Assembly: GCA_964016885.1 (NCBI GenBank)
Contig: OZ024740.1
Coordinates: 61,938,001-62,002,000 of the forward strand
DNA from: Eledone cirrhosa
Lineage: Eukaryota
Direction: 5' to 3'
Length of the DNA stretch: 64,000 nucleotides
Part shown: piece by piece, positions 51,761 through 64,000 of the stretch
Numbering within the stretch: position 1 is the stretch's first letter
Layout of the letters: each line of letters begins with the position of its first letter
Program-made: the position numbers and the translations under genes
The notes under the pieces: generated by a model
Database searches by the model: none
Told to the model about the DNA's origin: nothing
Seen by the model: the letters and a program-made list of their open reading frames with translations, nothing else

Positions 51761-54751
51761 ATGGCTAACATAATCCCATCTCCCTGCACCTCCAACCCAT
51801 CCCTTCCACCCAACGCAATCCAAAACTTCAGAGTTGGTACCATGAATGTAGGCACTCTAAAAGGTCACTCTAATGAGGTTGTAGAGATGCTTGAACGTAA
51901 GGAAGTTGATGTTTGTTGTGTTCAAGAGACTAGGTGGAGGGGTGGGTCTGCTAGATTCATTATATCCTTACTAGAAGACGTGACAGAGTGTCTGTTGTAA
52001 ACACTAAATCCCTCCCCCATGAAGAATGCACCTCCCAACATAGCCTCATAGTTAGTGACCTCGTAGTCAGAACTAGACGTACTCAACAACAGAGAAGGAC
52101 CACTCTGAGGAGAAGAATATGGAAGTTGAAGGACCCCACAGCCAGTAACAAATTTAAAAGCATATTACTTGATGCTTTTGACAATAAGGAAGAGCAATTA
52201 GAGACGTACAGTATAGAGGAACAGTGGGAATTCTTGAAAGTTAACCTGTTGAAGGCGACAGATGAAATCTGTGGCTGGAGCAGACCTATAGGCAGGAGGA
52301 GAGTAACTTGGTGGTGGAACAGTAAGGTGGAGGAGTGAATCAAAGCCAAAAAGCAGGCTTGGAAATTATGGCGGGATGGGGGAAGTAGAGAACACTATCA
52401 AGTGGCCAGGAGAGAAGCTATGAGACAAGTGTACTTTGCAAGAAGGGAAGCAGAGGAAAGAAAGTTCAAGCATGTTCTACAATGCGAGGGCCAAAAACGT
52501 GAGGTGTTCAGGATTGCAAGACAATGTGTCAAGGAAAACCATGATTTTGTCGGAGAGAAGTGTGTCCGTAATGATGATGGTGTACTTTCCCTCACTGATG
52601 CTGATAAGAAGGTAGTTTGGAAGTGTCACTACGAGAGACTACTAAATGAGGAGAATAAATGGGAAAAAGATAGTCTGCCCCAAATCAATCCAATAGAGGG
52701 ACCAGCGGTGCAAGTTAAAGGTAGTATAATATGTAAGGCAATCAAAGATATGAAGACAGGCGTGGCAGCTGGGCCTTCGGAGATAGTTGCTGAAATTTTG
52801 AAAGCATCTGGAATGGTGGGACACACTATGGTCACCCAGATAGTAAACCAAGTAATACAGAATGGGGACATACCAAATGACTGGCATAGCATCGTCATCC
52901 TTAATTGCTACAAGGGTAAAGGAGACGCCCTAGATAGGGGAAACTATAGAGGCATTAAATTAATTGACCAGGTCATGAAGATCACAGAAAAAGTAATAGC
53001 GCAACTAATCAGAGAGCAAATTGATCTAGATGTAATGCAGTTTGGGTTTGTGTCAGGTAAAAGTACCACAGACGCTCTTTTCCTTGTACAACAACTACAG
53101 GAGAAGTACCTAGCTAAAAGTAAACCCCTCTACTTAACTTTTGTTGACTTGGAGAAAGCATTTGACAGAGTCCCCTGCTCCATTATCTGCTAGGCTCTTA
53201 GAAAACTAGGTGTTGATGAATGGCTTGTGAGAGCTATACAAGCCATGTAAAAAGAAACAGTCAGCAAGGTTAGAATTAACAATGAATATAGTGAAGAATT
53301 TAGCATAAAAGTTGGTGTTCATCAAGGCTCTGTCGTTAGACCCCTCCTATTTATTATTGCCCTTCAAACTATAACAGAGGAGTTCAAGACCGGCTGCCCA
53401 TGGGAACTTCTATATGCAGATGATCTAACTCTCATAGCTGAATCCATGGCTGAGCTAGAGAAGAAATTCCAAACATGGAAGCATGGCCTAGAATCAAAAG
53501 GCCTTAAAGTTAACTTGCCTAAGACTAATTTTATAGTATGTAGAAAGGAAATGGCCATGCTCACTGTGTAGGAAAGGAGTAGGCAGAAATTCCATTTTAT
53601 GTCCCAAATGCAAACAATGGATACATAAAAGATGTAGTGGGATCACAGGTAAGCTATCTAAGACCGTAGATTTTATATGTGGCCAATGCTCAGGTGCAAT
53701 AAGTAGCAAGTGCCCACAGGACAGTAGCTCTTTCTATTGCCCAGCTGGTTCTATAGAAATAGTGGACACTTTCCATTACCTGGGTGACAAAATCAGCAGT
53801 AGTGGAGGGTGCTCTGAAAGTACAGTAACTAGAATCAGAACGGGATGGAAAAAGTTCAGAGAGCTTATACTACTATTGGCCACTAAAGGTTTCTCTCTAA
53901 AAATGAAAGGTAGACTGTATGATGCCTGCATACGAACAGCAATGTTACATGGCAGTGAGACGTGGGCATTGTGTGCAGAGGACCTGCGCAGACTGGAGAG
54001 GAATGAAGCATGCATGCTCCTTTGGATGTGTAATAATAATATACGCGAACGGCAAAGCATAAATGAACTAAGTGAGAAATTAGGAATAAGAGGGATCAGA
54101 TGCTGTTTACTCGAGAGAAGACTACGTTGGTATGGTCACATGATGCACATAAAAGACGACAGCTGTATAAAAAAGTACAGGGCGATCAAAATTGATGGAA
54201 GTTACGGAGTAGGTAGACTCAGAAAAACTTGGGACGATTTGATAAATTCCGACCTCACACACTTACACCTCTCTAAGACAATGTCATTGGCCCGAGATCT
54301 TTGGCGCTACGCAGTAATACAGAATACCCGCCTTGCCTATGTACAAAGTGAAACCTACAGTCAGTAGGCACCTCTTAACCAAATATACACCCCCTTCCCA
54401 CTACCCCTTCTCCACCCCCACCCTCACTTCCACCAACACCACCCTTTTTCTGTAAAGTTATGTTGGTACCACAACAGCCAGTCGAAAATAAATGAGGTCG
54501 TGTAGGTGTCACAACAAAAAAAACACACAGTTTACACTGTAATGTGGCCATGTAGGTAACACAGTAAAAACCTCCCAGTCCACACTGTAAACATGGTTGG
54601 TGTTAGGAAGAGCATCCAGCCGTAGCAAACCTGCCAGACAGTCCTATACGAGCGAGACATGGTCACCTGACCAATCTTGCCTCAAGTGGGACAATTCCCA
54701 TCTAAACCCATGCTAGCGTGGAAGATATACATTAAACGATGATGATGATGA
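51761..54751 (+). mobile_element. RTE-clade LINE copy 3 with APE N-terminus, internal deletion and nonsense changes
   Basis: FRVGTMNVGTLKG..CCVQETRW joined directly to YILTRRRDRV; ORFs 52402-53193 and 53762-54367; (GAT)n tail. Confidence 0.93.
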
Positions 54752-55130
54752 TATATATATATAAAAGGAAGCTGTTAAAACAGCAAAATGCCATCAATGA
54801 TGGTATCGGGTTAAAATTTACCTCAAAGGATAGAAATCAGTAGCTAGAAGTGTGTTAGCTTGTAGAAGCAATATTATTTCTGTGAGCCAACACAATTTCC
54901 ATGCTTGCATAAGTTAGATGGGTCACCCACATCATGATACAAATCTGGCCAGCTGACTGCACCATACCTTGATCAGACGGAACTGTATATCATCATCATC
55001 ATCATCATTTAGTGTCCATTTTCAACAGTTAGCATGGGTATATATATATAAGTTATTCCAGTTGAATCAGATGTAACCACAGTAAGTAAGGTACTCAATA
55101 CATAGCAGAGTATAAAAGTTTTAATATAGA

Positions 55131-55184
55131 AGAGCTTCTACAGACTAGAACTGTTTCATTTGTGAGAAATCATCAGGAAGCTCT
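55131..55184 (-). ncRNA. Type I hammerhead ribozyme motif, family A
   Basis: minus strand reads AGAGCTTC-CTGATGA-TTTCTCACAAAT-GAAA-CAG.TTCTAGT.CTG-TA-GAAGCTCT; 8-bp helix I, weak helix II. Confidence 0.7.
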
Positions 55185-55229
55185 GATGATTTCTCACGAA
55201 TGAAACAGTTCTCGTCCTGTAGAAGCTCT
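55179..55229 (+). ncRNA. Type I hammerhead motif, family A (helix I 5' strand clipped by the inversion junction)
   Basis: CTGATGA-TTTCTCACGAAT-GAAA-CAG.TTCTCGTC.CTG-TA-GAAGCTCT. Confidence 0.6.
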
Positions 55230-55231
55230 TC

Positions 55232-55268
<37 letters not shown>

Positions 55269-55308
55269 ATGTGTGTGTTCATGTATGTATGTTTATATAA
55301 CATTTCAG

Positions 55309-55571
55309 ATAGAGATTTAGAAAGCAGAAAGCTCTTTGGAAGTTTCCAGGTCCTAAATGGAAAAGTAGATCTTTCAACACATGAAGCTCTGTTAACATTA
55401 CATCACTGGGAAGAGAAACTATCAAAACTGCGTGATGAAACCAATATTCATACAATTGGAAAGGAACTGTCAGCAGCCCAAAATGTGAAGGTCATCAGAT
55501 TGCTTGCTTATAAGAATGGAGATGGTCGACTTCATAGTGGACATTTAGTCATAGGATCTTCTTTGGAAGGT
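55309..55571 (+). CDS. DCDC1: DCDC1-like exon 10 (phase 1 to 0), start of a further DCX-like domain
   Basis: tttcAG acceptor, GTAAGT donor; ...KVIRLLAYKNGDGRLHSGHLVIGSSLEG has the DCX 'I..YKNGD' motif. Confidence 0.88.
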
Positions 55572-56510
55572 GTAAGTCATCACTGAACTCTATTTATTTA
55601 TTTGTTTCATATTTTTGCTTATTTAAATTTGAATGTTCCAGCTAATAATAATGATTTCAGTTACTTGTGTAAGGCCAGCAAATTTTGAGGAAGGGAAAAG
55701 TTGATTAAATCAACCCAGTACTTGATTCATACTTTATTTTATCAATCCTGGAAGGATGAAAGGCAAATTTGGCCTTGGTGTGATTTGAACTCAGAATGTG
55801 AAGAGCCAGCACAAATACCACAATGGAATCTTATCCGACACTCTACCAATTCTGCCAATCCACTACTCTGTCTCAGTTAATAATATTGATTTCATTTATT
55901 AATGTAAGGCCTCAAAATTATGGGTAAGGTTTCCTAAGAGTTTCTGCAAGATAAAGTGTCATCATCATCACCATTTAATGTCTGTTTTTCCATGCTTGGA
56001 TGGGTTAGACAAGTTGTCATGTTATAAGACAAATCAGGTCAGGTGACCCACCTTTTGCTCATATAGATCTGTATTTTGGTTCAGTTTCTACAGCCGGGTG
56101 GCTTTCCTAATGACAACCACATTACAGTGTGAACTGGGTGCCTTTTATCATGGCACCAAAATGACCATCTAACAGGATGGACTGGGCATTTTTTGTCGTG
56201 TCACCAGCATAACCACCTTTCAGGGTGGACTGGGAGTTTTTGTTGTTGTGGCACCACATCAACATGCAAGCTGGACTTAGTGCGTTTTTGGCATTGTAGG
56301 AGATAAGATGTAGAGCATGTCCAGCTTCCATGCTTATATATGTCAGTTGGGCAGGAGAAGTGTATCAGGGATGAGGGTTTGAGGGGAGGGGATAAGTAAG
56401 CAAGTTCTGCATGGATGAAGTCTGTGGTATATTTAGCTGTGAGAAAGTATGGGGAGGAGTGAAGAGAAGATTGGTGCAGTCTTAATTTTACAAACCTTCC
56501 GGGTCTATAG

Positions 56511-56785
56511 CAGTCATGGGCAACCTGCGGCTCGCGAAGCTTTCTGAATGGTTCACCTAAGTCACCTAAGTGACTTACCCCAACTTTTCAGTCATAATTT
56601 ATCTTTCTCTCATTTTTATGATTGAGGAAAACAATGTATACGAATTCTGAAGAAACAAATAAAAAAAACTGAGTTACCGCCCTTTTTTAAAATCTGGCCC
56701 TGAATGTAAATTAGCGCTTGAGGCCCGCCTGACGATGAGCCATATCTCATGCAGTCCGCTTCTCGTAAAAGGTTGCCCATGCCTG
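56511..56785. mobile_element. hAT (Charlie/Buster-type) MITE
   Basis: TIRs CAGTCATGGGCAACCT / AGGTTGCCCATGCCTG and 8-bp target-site duplication GTCTATAG / ATCTATAG. Confidence 0.85.
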
Positions 56786-57745
56786 ATCTATAGGATCTGG
56801 TCTTATCTGTATTTAGAAGATGACACAGATACAAATCTTTCTCTGGATAACATGCCAATCTCTCACAGTTAAATACACTGAATTTTTTATTTTAATGTTG
56901 CTAATATTTTATTTCAAAATACTCAAATATATTTCTAGGATAAATTACATAAACATAATAAAGGATTTAATATTTAGTGAAGCATATAGAAAAAGAAATT
57001 GGTGTTGGAAAGGACTATAAATGCTATGAATGAGAGGAAAAGGATTAAATTGCAATGGAACCCCAGCAGGTTACACAATATAATTTGCATTGAGGTCTAT
57101 TGTCTTACTCTAATCTAGAATTTGAATTAATCAAGTTGCTAGATAGATGTATAGATGGGTGGATTTTATATGGATGGCTAGATATATGGCTGGCTGACTA
57201 GATGGATGGATGGCTAAATATGTATGTATGCATGTATGTTTTTAAGTGGGCGCAGTTGAATGAGAGACCCCTAGTCTTCATTAAGACATCTCTCTAGGAG
57301 AAGGTCACTCTGATATAAAATCTACAACTTCGTTTGCATCCAATGATGTAGACCAGTTCTACTTTCTGGGTAAATGCATTTGATGTTTACAGAGTAGGAT
57401 TGACCCCGTGCAAAGGCTTTCCTCATCTAAAAAAACTTCAAGAACAGGCATTGCTTGATATGTGACATCTTTTGTGTTGCATGGCCATAGGCAAGTCCCT
57501 AGCAGGACTAAAAAGCCACATCCGTGCTGTTCATGCTTAAGTAATCAAGTGATAGCATTACTCAAAATTGAGTTGCAGCCATCATGTATGTGTGTGTGTA
57601 ATGTATGTATGGATGGATGAACGAATGAATGGATATATGGGGGGATGAATGAATGGTTAGATGGATACATGAATAAATGGATAGATGACTGGATGGATTC
57701 ATTCATTCATTACTGCTTATTCAATATCTGTTTTCTTATTTCCAG

Positions 57746-57914
57746 CTGCTATCACAATGTACACAGATTCTTGGATTGGCTAATGTTGCTCGTGCTATGT
57801 ACACTGAAGATGGCACCCAGATTCTTGTGATTGAGGATCTTATTGAAGTAGCTGTAAGGAACTACAAGCTGGAACTTTCACTGCAAGTGGAAAATTACAT
57901 CAAAGAGAAATCCA
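57746..57914 (+). CDS. DCDC1: DCDC1-like exon 11 (phase 0 to 1)
   Basis: tttccAG acceptor; LLSQCTQILGLANVARAMYTEDGTQILVIEDL is the C-terminal half of a DCX-like domain; donor GTAAAT chosen by phase match with the next exon. Confidence 0.82.
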
Positions 57915-58447
57915 GTAAATTTAACCTTTTTAATATCAAACTGCCTGTTTCTTTGAAACAGAACCTCCCATTTTAAAGGGTTCCTATTTAAATTAGAACC
58001 TTCCAATGCAATTTGATAGAAGAATATTTTATTTATTTATATATTTTAATTAATAATAATTTATTTATGGAATATATCTTGTAAATACAGTTTAATAGAA
58101 AAAGAAAAAAAGAAAATTTAGATTGAGAAGAAAGAATGGAATGTAAAATAGGGAAATATAAAGAAAAAAGAAAAAAAAACAGAAAAACGGGGAATGGCAA
58201 AGATTCTAGTGTCACAGAAGGAGGGGGAGGGGGATTGGGCTCTGGGCCTAGGGTGTGGTGGTAAAGGTGCTGCGCCCCACAGACAAGACTGCAAAAGCAT
58301 TCCCTATGTTACAAATACCGTCTTAATGAAGTTATAATTGTAGTAAATCCTTCCCAAATACTTCATTAATCAATTAAAATACAAAGTATTATAAAAAACT
58401 GATAAGTTTCAAAAAGCAGGTACAATGCGATAGAAATATATAAAGGA

Positions 58448-58644
58448 CAAAGGATGACAAATAAAACAAAACAAAGTAATGTTTTACCCAGTATATTTCA
58501 ACATGATATTTATGTTAGGGAAGAACACATCAATCATTTGTTTTTGTTTTGAACTGTTTCTACCTCACATTAGAAAAAGGGGTAATAGCCCTGAAATATA
58601 CTGAGTAAAACATTACTTTGTTTTGATTTGTTTGTCATCCTTTG
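58448..58644. repeat. About 53-bp imperfect inverted repeat (58448-58500 / 58592-58644)
   Basis: caaaggatgacaaa...cagtatatttca versus tgaaatatactg...tttgtcatcctttg. Confidence 0.8.
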
Positions 58645-60779
58645 CTCTTTCAATGAAAGACGCTGGCTATATGTTTCAAATAATTTTAGAAATAATCAAG
58701 ATTTTGAAGGGATTTTTATTTATCTGGGATTTGGACTTTAAAATAAACAGCTTTCTTTACAAAAGAAACTTTTTCAGGTGGATTGGTATTATAAAGAATA
58801 AATCAATAATTAAATGAAAATGGTACTGAAAATAATCAGTAAAATTTAGGTGTTCTAATCAGCCAGAAGATCAAGAACACCTTTTTTAATTCAAATACCC
58901 TCATTTTTTTGTTAGTTAACAAAATTCAATCAAAACAAAAACATTAGTTTCTTCATATCTCCTGGCTCTTAGAGATAGTGTTGCCATCTTAGTCTGCCAC
59001 AGCAGAAGAATTTTCATTACTGTAAATACTTGTTTATAGGTTGCACCTCCATTTTACATACAATATTTACAATGTAGCATATAATTTAAATAAAAGTTTT
59101 TTGGAGCCAGTAAATGAATTGCATGCTGGTGTTTTATATTGTATTTTTTGGTGGAAAACGGTGTGACTTACATACAAGTATATATGCTATATGTTTTAAT
59201 TATTCTTTGATTAGTCTGTTCAGTATTGATCTCTAACATTAGCACAAAGCACAAACTTTGAAGGAATATATAGTCAATTAAAGGCAGTGAATTGACAGAT
59301 TCATTAGAATGTCAGATAGAATATTCTGTGGTATTCATTCCAGTTCTCTGCACTCTGATTTCAAATCCTGTCAAGGCCAACATCGCTTTCTCCTTTCAAG
59401 GTAGATAAAAGAAGTGCCTGTTTAGTACAGGAGTCAATTCTTCTTTTATATCTCTTTTTTACTTTCTCTTTCGCCCTTTCCTTCTCTTGAAGAAATCAAT
59501 TGTGTTCAGATCTGGAGAGGGATGGGCTCCATCAGTCATTTAAATTGACTTAATTTCATCAATTATTAAGGGATGAAAAGCAAAGCTGACCTCAGCAGGA
59601 TTTAAATTCTGAATGTAAAGAGCTGTTATTAAACACACAAAATATTTTGTCTTATGCTCTTATGATCATGCCAATCCACTGTCCTATCTGCCTGGCCATT
59701 ATTAACATGGTTGTCATATGGAAAAAAAGCTATTCCATTTCTTTGGATCACTAAGTCAATACTGAATGTTAACAAGCTGAATATCACATATATACTGGCT
59801 TAATGTTTCTTGACAAAAACAACCAAAGAGCACTTAAGTCCAGAACTCTTAGTGTGTCAGGAAATTAACCATAGACCACATACTGTTAATAATTCTTGCC
59901 ACTTCAAATACTTCTTTTTTGTGGGAAGAATATGAGAAAATTGATAGCTTGGATGAGCTTTTAAGGCTTCTTTACATTTAAACAACATTATTGCTTGCGC
60001 TTATAATATTATCTGCTAGGTGAAGCAGAATTATTGACATTTTAGTAATGTATATATGGTTTTGTTACTTTTATAAAAGGGCAGTGGATTGGCAGTATCA
60101 GTAAAGTGTTGGACACACTGCTTCACAGCATAGAATTCAAATCCTGCCGAGTTTAGCTTTGCCTTTCATCCTTACGGGTCAATAAAATAAAGTACCAGTA
60201 ATGGACTGGCGTCGATTTAATCGACTTTCCCCTCCCCCAAAATTGCTGGCCTTGTGCCTAAATCAGAAAACTTTAATTTATAAATTTCCACCACGAGTGA
60301 GAGAGCCAGTTTCTTACATAGAAACAAGACTCTTTCATTGGAATTTAGACAACATCAACTAGGTAAATATGGCTGTATGTCTGTATGTGTTTATGTATGT
60401 GCAGGTGTGGATGTTATTGTAAGTGTGGATCTGTATGTTTTGAATTATATGTGTACACGTTCATATATTTTTGTATCTATACAAGTGTATATACAGTTAT
60501 TACATTCTGAATTTCCAAAATGTTTTACATATTTTTACAGTTCCATTAATGGACTACTTGCCACTTCCTAACTAGCTGTGCTCTTTTTGATTCTGTGAAG
60601 CCTGGCTTCTCAAGATTTATACTGAGACAATTAGTAATATATCCCAGAGCCCCGTGATCACAGATATATATCTGAAGGTATAGTCAAGGTGGAGTATCTG
60701 CAGATTCATCATTAGTTCAGCATAAATGTCTCCGTTTCACACCTGCTGGGCAGCCTTCTTTTCCCTGTTCCATATCACT

Positions 60780-61420
60780 ATGTCTGATCAGTTATGTTTG
60801 CATTTTATTAGGATTTTAACTAGAGCATTCCACCAGTACTCTTTCATTTTATATGTTTAATCTCAGGGCTCCCTTTTCTATGGATTGCATTGTATAGTGT
60901 TTTCGCCACTACATCATACCTCAGAGGTAGATAGAATCATGATAACATATTTGGACAGCTGCTTATGATGTAGATGTAATCTTTGATGTTTATTCTGCCA
61001 TCTGATTTCTATTTTCACATTTCTATCTCTTTTGTGTATCAGGTATTTTGTTTTTATTTCCTGTTCTCGGATTGCAAAAGCATATCCTTCAAATTAAGAG
61101 CCAATATACTGTTTGTTGGTCCAAGATAGACTACTTTGCTTATCTATATTACTCTCACTTTGAAGCTTTCTGGCAACATAGCCATGTATGATATTTGGCT
61201 TATAAGTATGCAGCTTTTCATCCATGGATTCAATGTGGTGTTGCTGTGCAAGTTCCTTGGATGTGAGTTTTTGGTTATCATGCAAAGAGTATTTATCAAG
61301 GAGCTCCTTCCTAACTCTCATGATGTTATCTGCCTCATGTACACAGGTTTGTTCTACAGATGGGCTTCTATGCTTAATGGTTCATAGATGTTGACGGAGA
61401 AATATGATATGACATTCAAA
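60780..61420 (-). mobile_element. Degenerate R4/Dong-like non-LTR element, post-RT region
   Basis: HGYVARKL..IDKQSSLSW..FEGYAFAIREQEIKTKYL followed by IISSCP..YLPLRYDVVAK. Confidence 0.65.
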
Positions 61421-61679
61421 TGCTTTTTGGATTGATGTTCTGCTTCTGCCTCCCATGAAGAGAAATTGGATTTTTTTTTACATCAAAAGGTTTGAGTATG
61501 GTAAAAAACACCAAGAAATTTTTTTTTTCATAAAATTTAGGCACAATATAGTTAATAGCCAAAACACATGATTGAAAAGGTTTTTTTCTGTTGATAATCT
61601 CTTGTTTTTATGTTTTTTCCACTATGAGTGTTCCCTATACCTACGTCTAGCACATCTGTTTCTGTTTTACTCATTTCAG

Positions 61680-61820
61680 TGAAAAATACAAAAAAGTCAA
61701 CTAGATCGTTACAGACACTTAATGAGGCTAATGAGACATTGGAGTTAAATGCAACTGAACTAAATCAAACTCAACAAGGTGATGGTGGCAGAGATGATAT
61801 GAAAGAAATATCTCTTGCTG
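61680..61820 (+). CDS. DCDC1: DCDC1-like exon 12 (phase 1 to 1), low-complexity linker; gene probably continues beyond window
   Basis: pyrimidine tract + ttcAG acceptor, GTGAGA donor; KNTKKSTRSLQ...DDMKEISLA. Confidence 0.65.
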
Positions 61821-62444
61821 GTGAGAAAATCATCATAATGATCATCATTTTTACGTCTGCTTGTTCATACATACATGGGTTGGGTGGTTCTTCAACTGTT
61901 GCATTTCTTCATCACCTCTGTGAGTTTCAGCATTCTGAGATCACCTCTCACCAGTTCTGCTCAGGTTTTTCTCATTCCTTCTGTTCTGCAGCTTCCTTCC
62001 ACTTGAAGTTCATGGCACATCTTTACCCAATGATCTTCATTCCTACACAAAGTGTTATGTTTATTAACCCTTTAACATTTACATTACACTATATCTACTA
62101 TTGTATTTTCGCAGTAAAGGCTTTACCACATATAATTATCTCATATAATATTTAATCTATGAGATTTTAATGTTATTTATTTTGAGAACAATACCTTAGC
62201 GTCAGTATGAGCAGCTGGTTATGGCTGGTTTCAACAGCAAGAGGTGAGAGAATTCTGGCTGGATATGGCCGGTTTAAATGCTAAAGGGTTAATTCATCGT
62301 CAAATAGTCACACAGCTGAATGATGTTATTAAAAGAAGCCTCAACATTTTAAGCTAACCAGATTACTTTCATTAACAGGATTATATGCATGCATACTCAG
62401 GATCCAACAACATTTTTTTAAATTTATATCTTTCTTTTGTAGGA

Positions 62445-63270
62445 TTTTCTAGCATGTAATATAATTCTCCTATCCTGCTTAGAGATAGAAGGGAAGAGTT
62501 GGCATGTGAAGCTGCTCTCATCGGGAGGTCCTTTGAAATTGATGGATAGTAATTATTGACGACAAATTGGATGAAATTATGTCTGCTTTTATGATTTATG
62601 GATCAAAACAATTTTATCATTGCATCTGTGTTGTTCTAGAATGTTAGATATGTGTTGTTTTGACTGTGGGTATGATCGTGTCTAAAATTCCATCACTGAT
62701 CTATTTTGATAAAGCTTTAGGTTAATTAGCTTTATTATAGATGGGTTGATGTGGAAGTTAGCTTTGTGGTCTTTGTATGTTACAGTATGTCTCTTTTATG
62801 GCTAATAAATCAATCCTATAGTCTATCTTTAGATGGTTTTGGCTGCTTCCATGTTGATGTTCATAAGTGTGTTGAGAGGTGTCTGTTATGAAGTTTAACA
62901 CTACACTTCGGTGTTTAGTTGGCTTGATTTCATGCAGGTTCTTCCATAATAATGTGGATGCTGCTTGATCTTGAGAGTGACGCTATTTTGGCTTTCAGGT
63001 TTCTTTAGAATTTGTTTAGTTTGCTGGTGTACATAATATATTGATAAACTGGTAGAGGTCCTGTTTGAAGTTGAGGAACAGTTTGTTGACAGCAGTGGAA
63101 TTTAGTGATTCTGAAGCTGTGTTCAAATTTAGGAGGTCAGTCATGGTTGTTTTCATCAAAATATAGAGTGTTCCATGTAAGTCTTTCTATAACGTCTTCA
63201 GTTTTTAGTAGTGAAATTTTGAAGATTTGGTTGTGTTTTTGAGTGAGAATTCTTAATTTCTTTTTTTTTC
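62445..63270 (-). mobile_element. Degenerate Penelope-like element reverse transcriptase fragment
   Basis: minus strand pieces KDHKANFHINPSIIKLIN and FIQFVVNNYYPSISKDL resemble the PLE RT motifs KDHK.NF..NP..RLINP and FIQFDI..FYPSI. Confidence 0.65.
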
Positions 63271-64000
63271 TTATTGTTTATCATAAGTGTAAGTCAGAGT
63301 GCTCAATATAAAGAAGCTCTATAAAACAGGTTGAATATAACTTTCTCCCTTCCTCCTTCCAGTTTTTGAGTCTGATAAAATAACTGTAAAGAAAAGCAAT
63401 AATAATTTAATAGTTCTGTCATCATCATCATCATCTTTTACAATTGTTTTTCCACACTTGCGTGGGTTGGAGGGGTCCTTCTCAGTACAGCATCTCTCTA
63501 TTCATTGCGTTCCTTTGTCATCTCCTCTGTGAGTCTCAGTAATTTGAGGTCAGCTCTCACAGCCTCTGCCCAGGTTTTTCTTGATCTACCTCTACTGCAG
63601 CTTCCTTCCACTAGGATTCCCTGACACGTCTTCACTCAGTGATCATTCTCCATGTGAATCACATCCATACCAACCCAGTCTCTTCTTCTGCACACCCCCT
63701 CGAATTCCTCTTAAACTCATCTTCTTCCTTAACTCATCCAAGCTTTGTCTTTCTCTCAGACTTACATTGCACATTCAATGAAATATGGTTGCTTCATTTT
63801 TCTCCAGTCTATGTATGTCCTCTGCAGTCACAGTCCATGTTTCACTAACATGTGCATCACACTTCGCTCACAGGCATCATACAGTCGTCTTTTTGTATGT
63901 AGGGAGACATTTTTTATTTTGTGGTCAGCAGTGGGAGCAGTTCTCTAAGCTTCTTCCATCCTATCCTTATTCTAGGTATTAAGTTCTCAGAGCATAATTA

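Noticed and set aside
60284-60362. Candidate extra exon ending AG|GTAAAT
   Set aside because: No acceptor in the required phase; exons 11 and 12 already join in frame
62443-62456. Candidate terminal exon (GFSSM-stop) after tttcttttgtAG
   Set aside because: Falls at the edge of the antisense Penelope-like relic; DCDC1-type proteins are expected to continue further, so the gene probably extends past the window

Overview
Eukaryotic, AT-rich, microsatellite- and transposon-dense genomic DNA; the repeat families suggest an octopod cephalopod (inference, not proven here). The whole window lies inside one + strand multi-exon gene. Twelve exons (685-61820) splice in phase into about 678 codons of a doublecortin-domain protein with DCX-like repeats and ricin-B/beta-trefoil-like segments, most like DCDC1/DCDC5; both ends of the gene lie outside the window, and one junction requires a non-canonical GC-AG intron. 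The introns hold three long copies of a young RTE-clade LINE carrying a PHD-like finger, remnants of CR1/L2, R4/Dong, Ingi/Vingi, L1/Tx1 and Penelope-like retroelements, tRNA-derived SINEs, a Helitron, hAT, mariner, Tigger and TTAA (piggyBac-type) DNA elements, and a possible solo LTR. The most interesting unannotated signal is a set of at least three distinct families of minimal type I hammerhead ribozyme motifs (CUGANGA...GAAA...UA). Most sit in inverted-repeat arrangements typical of Penelope-like pseudo-LTRs, and several are on the sense strand of the host pre-mRNA. All calls were made by eye; no searches or folding programs were run.
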